Part shown: piece after piece, positions 1-9,358 of the stretch
How the letters are laid out: every line of letters starts with the position of its first letter
Numbering within the stretch: the first letter of the stretch is position 1
IMG/VR virus record: IMGVR_UViG_3300044641_004147
Span: 29,347-93,346 of that record
Origin: a virus
DNA length: 64,000 bases
Reading direction: 5' to 3' (one strand)
Position numbers and translations under genes: made by a program
Notes under the pieces: model-generated
What the model saw: only the letters and a program-made list of their open reading frames with translations
Told to the model about the DNA's origin: nothing
The model's database searches: none

Positions 1-1
1 A

Positions 2-2014
2 GTAGTAAATGTTGATAACTTTGTCGGTACAGGATCTGACACAGCATTTACACTGTCTGTGACTCCCGGCGCCAAGAATCAAACACTGATTGCCATTGGT
101 GGTATTGTACAACCTAAGTCAACTTATACTCTTGCTGGCAATGTAATTACATTTAGTTCGGCACCTCCAACTGGCGCACCAATCGAAATTCAAACGTTTG
201 TTACAACCACTGTAACAGGATATACTGGTAGCCGTGGAACTGATGGAGTAGTTGGGTATACTGGCAGCGCAGGGGCATTAACTAATTGGTCTAAAAAGAC
301 GACAAATTACACAGCAGTCTCTGGTGATAGAATAATTGCTGACACAACAGGCGGAACTTTTACTATTAATTTACCTGCCACACCATTGCTAGGTTCCGCA
401 ATCAAAGTCACAGATGGCGGAAATTTTAGCCTAACTCCTTTAACAATAGGAGCCAATGGTAGTACTATTGAATCACAATCCAACGATGTATTAGTTAATA
501 TTGGAAAAGTTGACTTAGAATTTATCTATGACGGCTCAACCTGGCAAATTATTTCTACCATTGGGCCCCGAGGATATACCGGAAGTGCAAGTGGAGGTGC
601 AGGAGTAGGATTTACAGGCAGTGCTGGGGCACAAGGAGCCTCTGGCTTTACAGGCAGTGCTGGGGCACAAGGAGCCTCTGGCTTTACAGGCAGTGTCGGT
701 ACCTTTACTGGAACTACAACCGAAGTAATAAAAACTTCAAATACAACAGTTAGTACAAGTACTTCCACAGGTGCTTTAGTTGTTGCTGGGGGTGCAGGTA
801 TTGCCGGCGAATTGTACGTTGGCGGAACAACATACGTCAGCGGTAGTATTATACCTACTTCAAACAATACAATTAATATTGGTAGTCCTACTGCACGTTT
901 TGGTACAATTTATGTTTCTGCAAATACCATTGATATTGGTGGCGCAACAATTTCTACAACTCCATCGGGCGACTTAGAATTTGAGACGGCATCGGGTACG
1001 ATACCAATTACAGCAAACACAGTAAACTTTTTAAATACAGTATCAACTACTTCAATTGCACAAGGTGACTTTTCTGCTCTGGCTCCGGTGAGCCCATTAA
1101 TTAACCAAGTTTTTGTAACCAATAGTTCATATCAAAATCTTGACGACACCGCAGTTGATGTTGCAGGTGGATATATTAAAATTACAGGATCGGGGTTTGT
1201 TGAGAATAGTACAATATTGATTGGCAATACTCCAGCAATATCAACAACATTTATAAGCTCAACCGAAATTCGAGCTCAAATTCCTACAATGTCTGCAGGT
1301 ACTTATGTTATATTTTTAGTCAACGGAAATGGCCAATTGGCCATAAAGTTAGCAGGCATTACATATAGTGGATTTCCAACTTGGGTCACTGGAAGTACAT
1401 TGACCAGTAGAACATCTGGAACAGCGTTTAGTCAACAACTGTCTGCCACCGGGGCAACTCAGTATTCGTTAGCCGCTGGATCTGTTTTACCAACTGGATT
1501 AACATTGTCTAGTAGCGGTTTGTTGTCTGGTAATATCACTGTTGCATCTAATACAAACTTTACCTTTACAGTCAATGCAGATGATGCAGAAAATCAAACC
1601 AGTCCACGTACATTTAGTTTGCTAGTAAATGTAGAAGTATTGTTGCAGTATCTGGTAACATGGAGTAACAATGGTGTTGGGGAAATGGCATGGGACTATG
1701 GTAGAACACCAGGCGGACTTATTTTCAACACCATTGATAGAAACGGTGTTAGTATGAACACAGCCCGCTGGCCAACTGCACCAGGATCTGTCAGAATAAC
1801 CTTTATTGGAACTAGTACCAATATAAACGGAACATACAATTTCTCGAGTGTAATTTTACCTGGTCAAAGTGGCGGTTTTGCTGGAGTTACAAATAATGCT
1901 TATCAGGTATTAAGATCTTCGGTATCAGGGGGCTGGACTAATGTCTCTGATCCGTTTATGGCGGCATTAAACGGCGAAACAGTAATTGCTACTGTGTACT
2001 TGCTACCAAACTGA
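2..2014 (+). CDS. Fibre/virion structural protein, 5'-truncated (GxTGS repeats, IPT/TIG-like and He_PIG-like Ig domains)
   Basis: The frame of ORF 59..2014 is open back to position 2 (VVNVDNFVGTGSDTAFTLSVTP). It contains GFTGSA repeats, the GGYIKITGSGF..STTFISSTEIRAQIP IPT-like domain and the LPTGLTLSSSGLLSG He_PIG motif. Confidence 0.75.
   Translation, partial: VVNVDNFVGTGSDTAFTLSVTPGAKNQTLIAIGGIVQPKSTYTLAGNVITFSSAPPTGAPIEIQTFVTTTVTGYTGSRGTDGVVGYTGSAGALTNWSKKTTNYTAVSGDRIIADTTGGTFTINLPATPLLGSAIKVTDGGNFSLTPLTIGANGSTIESQSNDVLVNIGKVDLEFIYDGSTWQIISTIGPRGYTGSASGGAGVGFTGSAGAQGASGFTGSAGAQGASGFTGSVGTFTGTTTEVIKTSNTTVSTSTSTGALVVAGGAGIAGELYVGGTTYVSGSIIPTSNNTINIGSPTARFGTIYVSANTIDIGGATISTTPSGDLEFETASGTIPITANTVNFLNTVSTTSIAQGDFSALAPVSPLINQVFVTNSSYQNLDDTAVDVAGGYIKITGSGFVENSTILIGNTPAISTTFISSTEIRAQIPTMSAGTYVIFLVNGNGQLAIKLAGITYSGFPTWVTGSTLTSRTSGTAFSQQLSATGATQYSLAAGSVLPTGLTLSSSGLLSGNITVASNTNFTFTVNADDAENQTSPRTFSLLVNVEVLLQYLVTWSNNGVGEMAWDYGRTPGGLIFNTIDRNGVSMNTARWPTAPGSVRITFIGTSTNINGTYNFSSVILPGQSGGFAGVTNNAYQVLRSSVSGGWTNVSDPFMAALNGETVIATVYLLPN
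611..695 (+). repeat. Perfect 36-bp tandem repeat (about 2.4 copies) encoding FTGSAGAQGASG
   Basis: tttacaggcagtgctggggcacaaggagcctctggc at 611-646 and 647-682, plus a partial third copy. Confidence 0.9.
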
Positions 2015-2033
2015 CCTTTGTAGTATTCTGCAA

Positions 2034-2061
2034 TTTGCGGACACCACGACTGCAATTTTTT
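2034..2061 (+). terminator. Possible intrinsic terminator
   Basis: TTGCGG/CTGCAA stem with one G-U pair, followed by a T-run, just after the stop at 2014. Confidence 0.4.
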
Positions 2062-2064
2062 GGC

Positions 2065-2070
2065 TAAATA
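2065..2070 (+). promoter_or_regulatory. T4-type late promoter (TAAATA)
   Basis: ggcTAAATActa in the intergenic gap upstream of 2113; the motif recurs before many structural genes. Confidence 0.65.
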
Positions 2071-2112
2071 CTATATAAGCCGCGAATATTTCGGCGAAAA
2101 TACAAGTACAAT

Positions 2113-3996
2113 ATGCCTACAGTAAATCTTACTACTCTTTTAGCAAGCGGCGATTTTCTCGGATACACTGGCAGTGCCGGTGCCACCCCTGCAGGGTATT
2201 ATGGCAGCACTGGCGGCGCCAGTATTGCGCCCAATCTTTATGTTGCAGGAACATTAACAGTTAATAGTTCAATTGTACCCACAGGCAACGGAACAGTCAA
2301 TCTAGGAAGCCCTTTAAACAGATTTGGCACACTATATATTTCCGCAAATACTATCGACATAGGCGGATCACAAATTACCACAACCGGAACTGGCGACATT
2401 TCTTTTTCGACAGCATCCGGTAATGTTGCATTAAACGCAAACACAGTTAGTTTCTTGAGTGGTGTTAGTGAAACTGGTGGCGCAATAGGTTTCACCGGAA
2501 GTCGCGGAGATTTAGGTTTTACTGGCAGTATAGGCTTCACGGGCAGTATTGGCATTGGTTTTACTGGTAGTCAGGGTATACCTGGCGCAGCCGCAGACAA
2601 AGGCTTTACGGGCAGTCAGGGCAACTTGGGTTATACAGGTAGTATTGGCCCGACAGGCTCGCAAGGTATTCCTGGAACAGCCGCAGCAGTTGGCTTCACT
2701 GGTAGCGCAGGAGTAGGATTTACCGGCAGTACTGGTTTTACTGGTAGTCAGGGTATTTCGGGCGCAGCCGCAGACAAAGGATTTACGGGCAGTCAGGGCA
2801 GTATTGGATTTGCTGGAAGCCAAGGTATACAAGGTGTAATTGGATTTACGGGTAGTCGCGGTGCATTTGATGCCATTGGTTTCACAGGTAGTCGGGGCGA
2901 TACAGGTTTTATAGGTAGTCACGGCAATGCTGGGTTTGTAGGCAGCACTGGTTTCACTGGTAGCACCGGGGTAGGATACACGGGAAGCGCAGGTGGCGAA
3001 TTGTTTACCACAGGTAATACCGCACCAGTGTCTCCAAAGGTTGGAGATTGGTGGTATTACACTAACGGCAATACGTTGTTGAGATATATGAATGTCGGTG
3101 CCGGTACATTTTGGATTGACATAACCGGTTCAACTCATAATTTCGGTCTAAGTGCAAACACCCAATTGGCAATTATACAATCATCAATGGTGGCACCATT
3201 GATGGAATATCTTGTGGTTGCTGGTGGTGGCGGAACTGACGGAGGCACACATGGCGGTGGTGGCGGTGCTGGCGGACTACTACAAGGATCAGTATCAATT
3301 GGAATAAATTACACTTACACTATTGTTGTTGGCGCCGGCGGAGTTAATCAATCCAATGGATCTAATAGCAGTATTTCTAGCATCAACTTTGAGAACTTGA
3401 TTGCAATTGGCGGAGGCTTTGGCGCCGGTCCGTCGAGTACAAGTGCAGGTGGCAGTGGTGGTAGTGGCGGTGGAGCAACAATGTATTTTGCTAGCTCGTT
3501 TGGTACCGGAACAGCAGGTCAAGGTAACAACGGTGGCGCAAATGGTGATTATAATAATATTACCACTGGTCGTGCTGGCGGTGGTGGTGGAGCCGGCGGC
3601 GCAGGATATGCAGGAAACGAAGCAACTACATCATTACGCGGCCAGGGCGGAATTGGCGTAGAATCGTCTATATCAGGCGTATCTACCTATTATGCCGGTG
3701 GTGGTGGCGGCGCAAGTTGGCAAGGTGCAACAACAGGATTTGCAGCCGGGGGCCTAGGTGGTGGCGGAGCCGGTGGAAGACAAAATAATGCCTTTAGTCC
3801 AACAAATGGTAGCGAAAATACTGGCGGAGGCGCAGGTGCAGAATTTGGTATTGGAAGATCTGGAGGATCTGGTATTGTTATTATACGATACCCCGATACT
3901 TACCTTATAGCCACTACTACTGGCAGTCCGACTATTACAGTGTCTGGTGGATATAGAATATACAAATTTACCAGTTCCGGAACCATAACATTTTAA
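2113..3996 (+). CDS. Collagen-like fibre with C-terminal glycine-rich (polyglycine) domain
   Basis: About 180 aa of G-[FY]-T-G-S-x repeats, an APVSPKVGDWW module and a YLVVAGGGG...GGSGIVIIRY...YRIYKFTSSGTITF Gly-rich domain. Confidence 0.75.
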   Translation: MPTVNLTTLLASGDFLGYTGSAGATPAGYYGSTGGASIAPNLYVAGTLTVNSSIVPTGNGTVNLGSPLNRFGTLYISANTIDIGGSQITTTGTGDISFSTASGNVALNANTVSFLSGVSETGGAIGFTGSRGDLGFTGSIGFTGSIGIGFTGSQGIPGAAADKGFTGSQGNLGYTGSIGPTGSQGIPGTAAAVGFTGSAGVGFTGSTGFTGSQGISGAAADKGFTGSQGSIGFAGSQGIQGVIGFTGSRGAFDAIGFTGSRGDTGFIGSHGNAGFVGSTGFTGSTGVGYTGSAGGELFTTGNTAPVSPKVGDWWYYTNGNTLLRYMNVGAGTFWIDITGSTHNFGLSANTQLAIIQSSMVAPLMEYLVVAGGGGTDGGTHGGGGGAGGLLQGSVSIGINYTYTIVVGAGGVNQSNGSNSSISSINFENLIAIGGGFGAGPSSTSAGGSGGSGGGATMYFASSFGTGTAGQGNNGGANGDYNNITTGRAGGGGGAGGAGYAGNEATTSLRGQGGIGVESSISGVSTYYAGGGGGASWQGATTGFAAGGLGGGGAGGRQNNAFSPTNGSENTGGGAGAEFGIGRSGGSGIVIIRYPDTYLIATTTGSPTITVSGGYRIYKFTSSGTITF

Positions 3997-4008
3997 GAAA
4001 AAAATATC

Positions 4009-4602
4009 ATGACATTTGTTGCTACGCCAATTGATAATCAACTTGTTACTGTTAACGGTATTGTTTATCGTTATAATTCTTCTCTGAATGCTTGGTTTAA
4101 GTATCAAATAACTTCGGCAAATGTTATCGTCACAGACACTGCTAATATTGTCTCTAATACATCAAGTACCAGTACCACAACCGGAGCATTGACAGTTGCC
4201 GGCGGTATTGGGGTACAGGGCAATATATTTGCTGGTGCAGTATATACCAATAGTTATTTTTATGCCAACGGGTCTGTATTAAGTAGAGATGTTGGTTATA
4301 CTGGCAGTGCTGGAGCGGGCTTTACTGGCAGCAGTGGTTATACCGGATCAATTGGCTATACAGGCAGCAGCGGCACAAATGGCTTTACTGGTAGTGCAGG
4401 AGCGGGCTTTACTGGCAGCGTAGGAGTAGGCTTTACCGGCAGTCAAGGTATAATTGGTTATACCGGTAGTGCAAGCAGCGGTGGCGGTGCAACATTCTTG
4501 ACAGTGGGCACAAGAACTACAGCAATAAATGTTGGTGTAGCCACAAGCAGTTCATTGAATGTTGTGGGCCGCGCTGGAAACGTAGCAGTAAACTTTACAT
4601 AA
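4009..4602 (+). CDS. Short fibre protein (MxFxxxPxxxQ N-terminal module plus GxTGS repeats)
   Basis: The N-terminus is paralogous to those of 29387 and 30776; contains a [14 protein letters not shown] module. Confidence 0.7.
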   Translation: MTFVATPIDNQLVTVNGIVYRYNSSLNAWFKYQITSANVIVTDTANIVSNTSSTSTTTGALTVAGGIGVQGNIFAGAVYTNSYFYANGSVLSRDVGYTGSAGAGFTGSSGYTGSIGYTGSSGTNGFTGSAGAGFTGSVGVGFTGSQGIIGYTGSASSGGGATFLTVGTRTTAINVGVATSSSLNVVGRAGNVAVNFT

Positions 4603-4605
4603 ATA
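4600..4605 (+). promoter_or_regulatory. Late promoter TAAATA overlapping a stop codon
   Basis: acaTAAATAtt; its TAA is the stop of 4009..4602. Confidence 0.5.
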
Positions 4606-4621
4606 TTAAAACGAGCATAAT

Positions 4622-4885
4622 ATGGCTAATAGAATACCTTTAATAGTTAACCCCAGTTCTAATCAAATTCAGGAACTGCCTGCTATTGACAACTTAGATC
4701 TTGCAAACAGTAGCATTGTTGGCATCGACAATCTATCTGCAACTACCGCTACTATATCAGGAAATTTAGTAGTCACTGGAACCATTGTAGGCAATGTTGC
4801 CGGCATAGTCAGTGGAGGCAGTGGCAGTGGCAGCAGTGGTGTTAGTTCAAATGCTCGAATAATGGCAATAATTTTTGGAAGATAA
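4622..4885 (+). CDS. Small virion structural protein (hypothetical)
   Basis: Tightly packed co-directional 87-aa ORF in the fibre operon. Confidence 0.65.
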   Translation: MANRIPLIVNPSSNQIQELPAIDNLDLANSSIVGIDNLSATTATISGNLVVTGTIVGNVAGIVSGGSGSGSSGVSSNARIMAIIFGR

Positions 4886-4888
4886 AAC

Positions 4889-5245
4889 ATGGCTAATCCT
4901 AATATTTCTAATGTTAACAGTATAATAGGCGATACAGCCTATTTGAATGCCGGGACTAGTCCTGGCACAGTAGTCTCCGGCGAAGCAGACAAAGTTAAAA
5001 AAATTGGAGCCATTGTTGCAGCCAATTATGCTAACACTGATCAAACAGTTACAGTATTTGTACTGCGTTCAGCTACCAGTTTCTTTATCGCTAATCAAAT
5101 CACAGTACCGGCAAAAGCCACAGTGTTGTTGCTAGGCAGGGAACACAGTTTCTATCTATTAGAAGCTGACGCACTAAGAGCACAGGCCAGTGCATCGGCA
5201 TCTATTACAGTCACCATAAGTTACGAAACATTATCAATAGTTTGA
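4889..5245 (+). CDS. Small beta-rich structural protein (MANPNI..NV family, hypothetical)
   Basis: 118-aa ORF starting 4 nt after the upstream stop. Confidence 0.7.
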   Translation: MANPNISNVNSIIGDTAYLNAGTSPGTVVSGEADKVKKIGAIVAANYANTDQTVTVFVLRSATSFFIANQITVPAKATVLLLGREHSFYLLEADALRAQASASASITVTISYETLSIV

Positions 5246-5256
5246 TTTAGTCTAAT

Positions 5257-8200
5257 ATGAGCAAAAGAAAATTAATTGGCAAATCAAGGTTACTTAATCC
5301 CTATGACAAAAGTGGTGTTTACACCACGGATGAAATAACCAACATTGAATTAGAAAATAAAAATCTATTACTAACAGGCGTAAAGCATCGCCGTCACGAT
5401 GTCTACACTGAATTTACTGGTAATGTTGATCCTTACTACAATCATGTGGTCTGTCATATTCCAGGTGCAACCTACGACACCCATGTGCTTAAAGATCAGT
5501 CCGGTAACAACTTTGATGAATTTTTATACGCCAACGACTATAGAATTGAAGCAGGCATCAATGAGTCGGGTCCAAAAGAATATCACTCGATATATTTTTG
5601 GGATCAGGCATATCATGTAACAGATGCAGCCAGTTTGCGATTAGGAACAAATAATTTTACCATTGAATTCTGGATGAAAACTGGACGAGCATTTGGCGCA
5701 GAATCGTACATCATGGGCAAAGGTTCCGGTGGCGGCCGCGCCAGTGGTGGCACCGGATGGGTAATCTATCTCACCTCAGGAAACCTAATAGGATTTTACG
5801 ACGGCTTAGGAAATACTTCAACACAGAGCACCACAGCAATTACGCACGATACTTGGACGCACATTGCTATAGTGAGATCTGCTGGTGCAGTGACCATTTA
5901 TCAAAATGGTGTTAGTGTGGGCACTGGCACTAGTTCGGGTAATTTTACAGATACTGCAACCATGGTCATTGGCAGAGACAGAGACACTGGTGCTAATTAT
6001 TATGGTGGGTACTTGTTTGATCTTCGTATTCGTACATCTGTAGTATATTCGGCTAATTTCACACCGCCCACAGATCTACTGGATATGAGCAATTCTATTC
6101 TTAGTATATCTGGTTCAGAACCATATCACCCTTATCACACAGGCATTCAACGAGAAGGTCGTACTGTCACTAACTGGGGCGGCTATAACAGCGTTAGAAA
6201 ATATCCAGATCATCCGTTCATTGTTAAGTTTCCTAGACCCACTGGCAGCGGTATGAGCTGTTCTGTTCGGGCAAACGACCGAGGGTACCAAATTGCAGAC
6301 AGTAAACCTGGGCGAAGTTTACAATTTGGTACAGGAGCATTTACTATAGAGTGCTGGGTTTTCGTATCATATGCTGGAAGAGCCTCTCAATTTGGTATAG
6401 CAGGCAAAGGCACAGGTGATGCAGCCGCTGCTGGAGCCACTGGCTGGAGTTTTATCTGTAACGGAAGTCAACTTCAATGGAGTGATGGCACCAGTGCTTT
6501 GGTAACTGGCACCAACGCAGTTTTAGGCGGCAGTGCTTGGAACCATGTGGCAGCAGTAAGAGAAGGCACCGGTACAAATCAGTTTAAGATGTATGTCAAT
6601 GGTCAATTGGCCTATACTGGAACGCTGGCCTCTAACTATAATCAAACTAGTCCGCTAGTACTCTGTGCTAGTAGAAACCATCAATATCAACCGCAAGGTG
6701 TCAGATTCTTTGGGATGAAAATTAGTAATGTTGCCAGATACACTGCACCATTTACTATTACACGATCTACTTTTTACGACACAGTGGCCACTAACGATGC
6801 TAACACCTTGCTTTATATGTTTGATACCAAAGACAAACGAGCAAGACCATTTAAGGCACAGTATATCAGCGACGGCTACGAACCGCTGTCGGCTAGAGCC
6901 AGAGGCACCACAGGGCAGCATAGACTAGGAAGCCGAGGATTGTACACTGGCAATCACAGTGTTTCAAATATAGCTGGTGGCGCCAGTAGTACATTGTTTA
7001 CATCCACTACGCAAGGAAGTTATAGCTTTGGCACCAGCGATTTCTCTATAGAATTTTGGATATGTAATCAGTACGAATGGGAGCCTATTATGAATGCTGC
7101 TCCTAGATTTTTATTTGACTGTCGAGCTAACTTCAACGATGGTACTGGATTTGCAATGAGATATAATTTCAGAGCATTGCAGATTATAACCGGAGGTATG
7201 GTTATATTAGCTGACTCATCGGCCTATTTTCCACAGCGAGCATGGTCTCATATTTGTTTGCAAAGAACTGCGGGACAATTGGCATTGTATGTCAATGGAG
7301 AAAAAAGAGCAGAAACATTTTATGCCGGCACCATGGCAGCGGCCAGCAATAAAATGTATTTTATGAACGGTGCCTTTAATGTACGCAACGATCAGCGTTG
7401 GTACGGATGGATGTCTGACATCAGAATTTTAAATGGCTCCGGAGCTTACAGTGTCGGAACTTCAAATCCGGAGCGTATTCGTGTTCCCACTCAGCCGCTA
7501 ACGGCTATTACAAATACAGTTCTGTTAACAGCAGGACAACCAACACTGAGAGATTATTCCAGTGTTGATAATCTTGTTTGGGCAGGTAATAGACCAGATG
7601 CAACTCATACTAGTTCTTGGGATGTTTATATCAGCGGGTTTGGACCTTATACCAGTCAAGATAAATCCTTAGGAATGACCACTGATTTTTGGGACGGTAG
7701 TTATTCTGGTGGTCACTCAGAGCCGGACTATAACACTGGCAATGACGCAATGATAGAGATGACTTGGATGACTAGGTTAGCCAAACCTTGGACTTTAGAA
7801 ACATGGTTCTATCAACCTCAAACCGATCCTAATGCCATTGCAACAGTACCGACTGCGGTATACACTGCAACGTCCAACAATGAAAACGGTTGGCAACTTA
7901 TAACAAACTATGCTGCCGGAGCTAACAGCTACAATGATGTGTCATTTGTTTGGCGCTCACCGAGACTGGCCGCCGGAGCCAATGAGTTTTTGAACACTAC
8001 TACCGGTAATGGAAATATACGTCCACACAGTTGGAACCATGTAGCAGTGGTCTATGATCCTAGCAAAACTACTAAAGCTGCACTTTTTGTTAATGGAAAA
8101 AGAGTAGCCACACGGGCATCGTTTACACAAAGTTATTCATTGGCCTATACCTATAGAATACAACACAGTGGATATCACGGCGCTGGTGATGTTAAAATAA

Positions 8201-9063
8201 GTGACATTGCCAGGTATGATGTTGATCAAACTACATATACCGTTCCGACTGTGGCGTCATGGACTAGAGATGCTAATACAGCGTATCTTCTACGCATAGA
8301 CAATGGTCTATTAGACAGGTCGCAAAATATGACTTATATGCTCGATGGTCTAATTAGACCCAGTTATCAGTACTCCAAGTGGGGTTCTGGTAGTATGGGC
8401 ATGAATAATTTAAACAGCACTGCAAATTACGACAGAATTTATATGAACCCAACCGCTGGTGGTTGGGCCGAAAGAGTCTGGGACTACCGTTACGGAGACT
8501 ATACTGTTGAAGGGTGGGCTCAGTGGAAAGATGCCACAGCCGGCGGAAAAGCTACGCCTACTAGTGCCCCTGGAGCCTGCATGTACCATCAAGGTAATTA
8601 TATATGGGTAGGTATTAATGCCAGCGGTAACTGGACTTTGCTGCACAGGGCCGGAGCAACTACTAACTTTACACCCACAATTATTAACTCAGTTGCAGTG
8701 GCCACTTCAACTGCTGGAACTTGGAATCACTGGGCCCTGGTGCGTAAGGATGGAGATTATCATTTATATGTTGATGGGCTGTTAGTAGCCAGGCATCTAG
8801 ATGGAAACCATGGAACTTACACCAGCAATGGCCCTACATCGGATGCTCAAAGCAGTCATAATGATTTTTACAATGTCAATGATGCTCGTGTAGGCTACGA
8901 GTATAACGAGACTACCGGAACTTGGTGGTGTGGGCACTTAGAAGATTTTAGAATGACTGCATTAGCAAGATATAGTCCGGGAGTAGTCAATGGAATATGG
9001 GCTATGTGTCATAATGGCACCAATATTTCAGCACTGCCAACTGGACCATTTCCTATTAGGTAA
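5257..9063 (+). CDS. Multi-LamG/Concanavalin-A-like lectin protein (about 5 domains)
   Basis: Five [FWY]-[TS]-[ILV]-E-x-W ... W-x-H-x-x-x-x ... [YF]xxG ... x-D/N-x-R/K-I/M repeats. Confidence 0.8.
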   Translation: MSKRKLIGKSRLLNPYDKSGVYTTDEITNIELENKNLLLTGVKHRRHDVYTEFTGNVDPYYNHVVCHIPGATYDTHVLKDQSGNNFDEFLYANDYRIEAGINESGPKEYHSIYFWDQAYHVTDAASLRLGTNNFTIEFWMKTGRAFGAESYIMGKGSGGGRASGGTGWVIYLTSGNLIGFYDGLGNTSTQSTTAITHDTWTHIAIVRSAGAVTIYQNGVSVGTGTSSGNFTDTATMVIGRDRDTGANYYGGYLFDLRIRTSVVYSANFTPPTDLLDMSNSILSISGSEPYHPYHTGIQREGRTVTNWGGYNSVRKYPDHPFIVKFPRPTGSGMSCSVRANDRGYQIADSKPGRSLQFGTGAFTIECWVFVSYAGRASQFGIAGKGTGDAAAAGATGWSFICNGSQLQWSDGTSALVTGTNAVLGGSAWNHVAAVREGTGTNQFKMYVNGQLAYTGTLASNYNQTSPLVLCASRNHQYQPQGVRFFGMKISNVARYTAPFTITRSTFYDTVATNDANTLLYMFDTKDKRARPFKAQYISDGYEPLSARARGTTGQHRLGSRGLYTGNHSVSNIAGGASSTLFTSTTQGSYSFGTSDFSIEFWICNQYEWEPIMNAAPRFLFDCRANFNDGTGFAMRYNFRALQIITGGMVILADSSAYFPQRAWSHICLQRTAGQLALYVNGEKRAETFYAGTMAAASNKMYFMNGAFNVRNDQRWYGWMSDIRILNGSGAYSVGTSNPERIRVPTQPLTAITNTVLLTAGQPTLRDYSSVDNLVWAGNRPDATHTSSWDVYISGFGPYTSQDKSLGMTTDFWDGSYSGGHSEPDYNTGNDAMIEMTWMTRLAKPWTLETWFYQPQTDPNAIATVPTAVYTATSNNENGWQLITNYAAGANSYNDVSFVWRSPRLAAGANEFLNTTTGNGNIRPHSWNHVAVVYDPSKTTKAALFVNGKRVATRASFTQSYSLAYTYRIQHSGYHGAGDVKISDIARYDVDQTTYTVPTVASWTRDANTAYLLRIDNGLLDRSQNMTYMLDGLIRPSYQYSKWGSGSMGMNNLNSTANYDRIYMNPTAGGWAERVWDYRYGDYTVEGWAQWKDATAGGKATPTSAPGACMYHQGNYIWVGINASGNWTLLHRAGATTNFTPTIINSVAVATSTAGTWNHWALVRKDGDYHLYVDGLLVARHLDGNHGTYTSNGPTSDAQSSHNDFYNVNDARVGYEYNETTGTWWCGHLEDFRMTALARYSPGVVNGIWAMCHNGTNISALPTGPFPIR

Positions 9064-9066
9064 CTT

Positions 9067-9297
9067 ATGCTAGATTTTCCCATTGAACCCAAAGACCTTG
9101 ATGTGCATATATTTGAAACACAAAATTTTGTGTTCCATAGTAATGCCAATGCTTGGTGGCCTGAAGGCATAACTGAAGCTGTAAACACTGCAATTGATAG
9201 GAATTATGTTAATTACTATCTTTCTTCGGGCATATATGTGACCTTAGATAAAGCAGTTTTAGCAAATTATCAAGCACCACTACACCCTAGTAGTTAA
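9067..9297 (+). CDS. Small hypothetical protein, stand-alone FPxxP...NAW module
   Basis: MLDFPIEP...NANAWW resembles the N-termini of 4009, 29387 and 30776. Confidence 0.6.
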   Translation: MLDFPIEPKDLDVHIFETQNFVFHSNANAWWPEGITEAVNTAIDRNYVNYYLSSGIYVTLDKAVLANYQAPLHPSS

Positions 9298-9312
9298 CAA
9301 CCCGTTACCAAA

Positions 9313-9350
9313 ATCTCTCTGGGCTAAATACACTAACGCCTAAGGGAGAT
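9313..9350 (+). promoter_or_regulatory. Hairpin with late promoter TAAATA (9325-9330) in the loop and SD (GGGAG) in the 3' arm
   Basis: ATCTCTCTGGGC-TAAATACACTAAC-GCCTAAGGGAGAT. Confidence 0.6.
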
Positions 9351-9358
9351 ATGGAACT

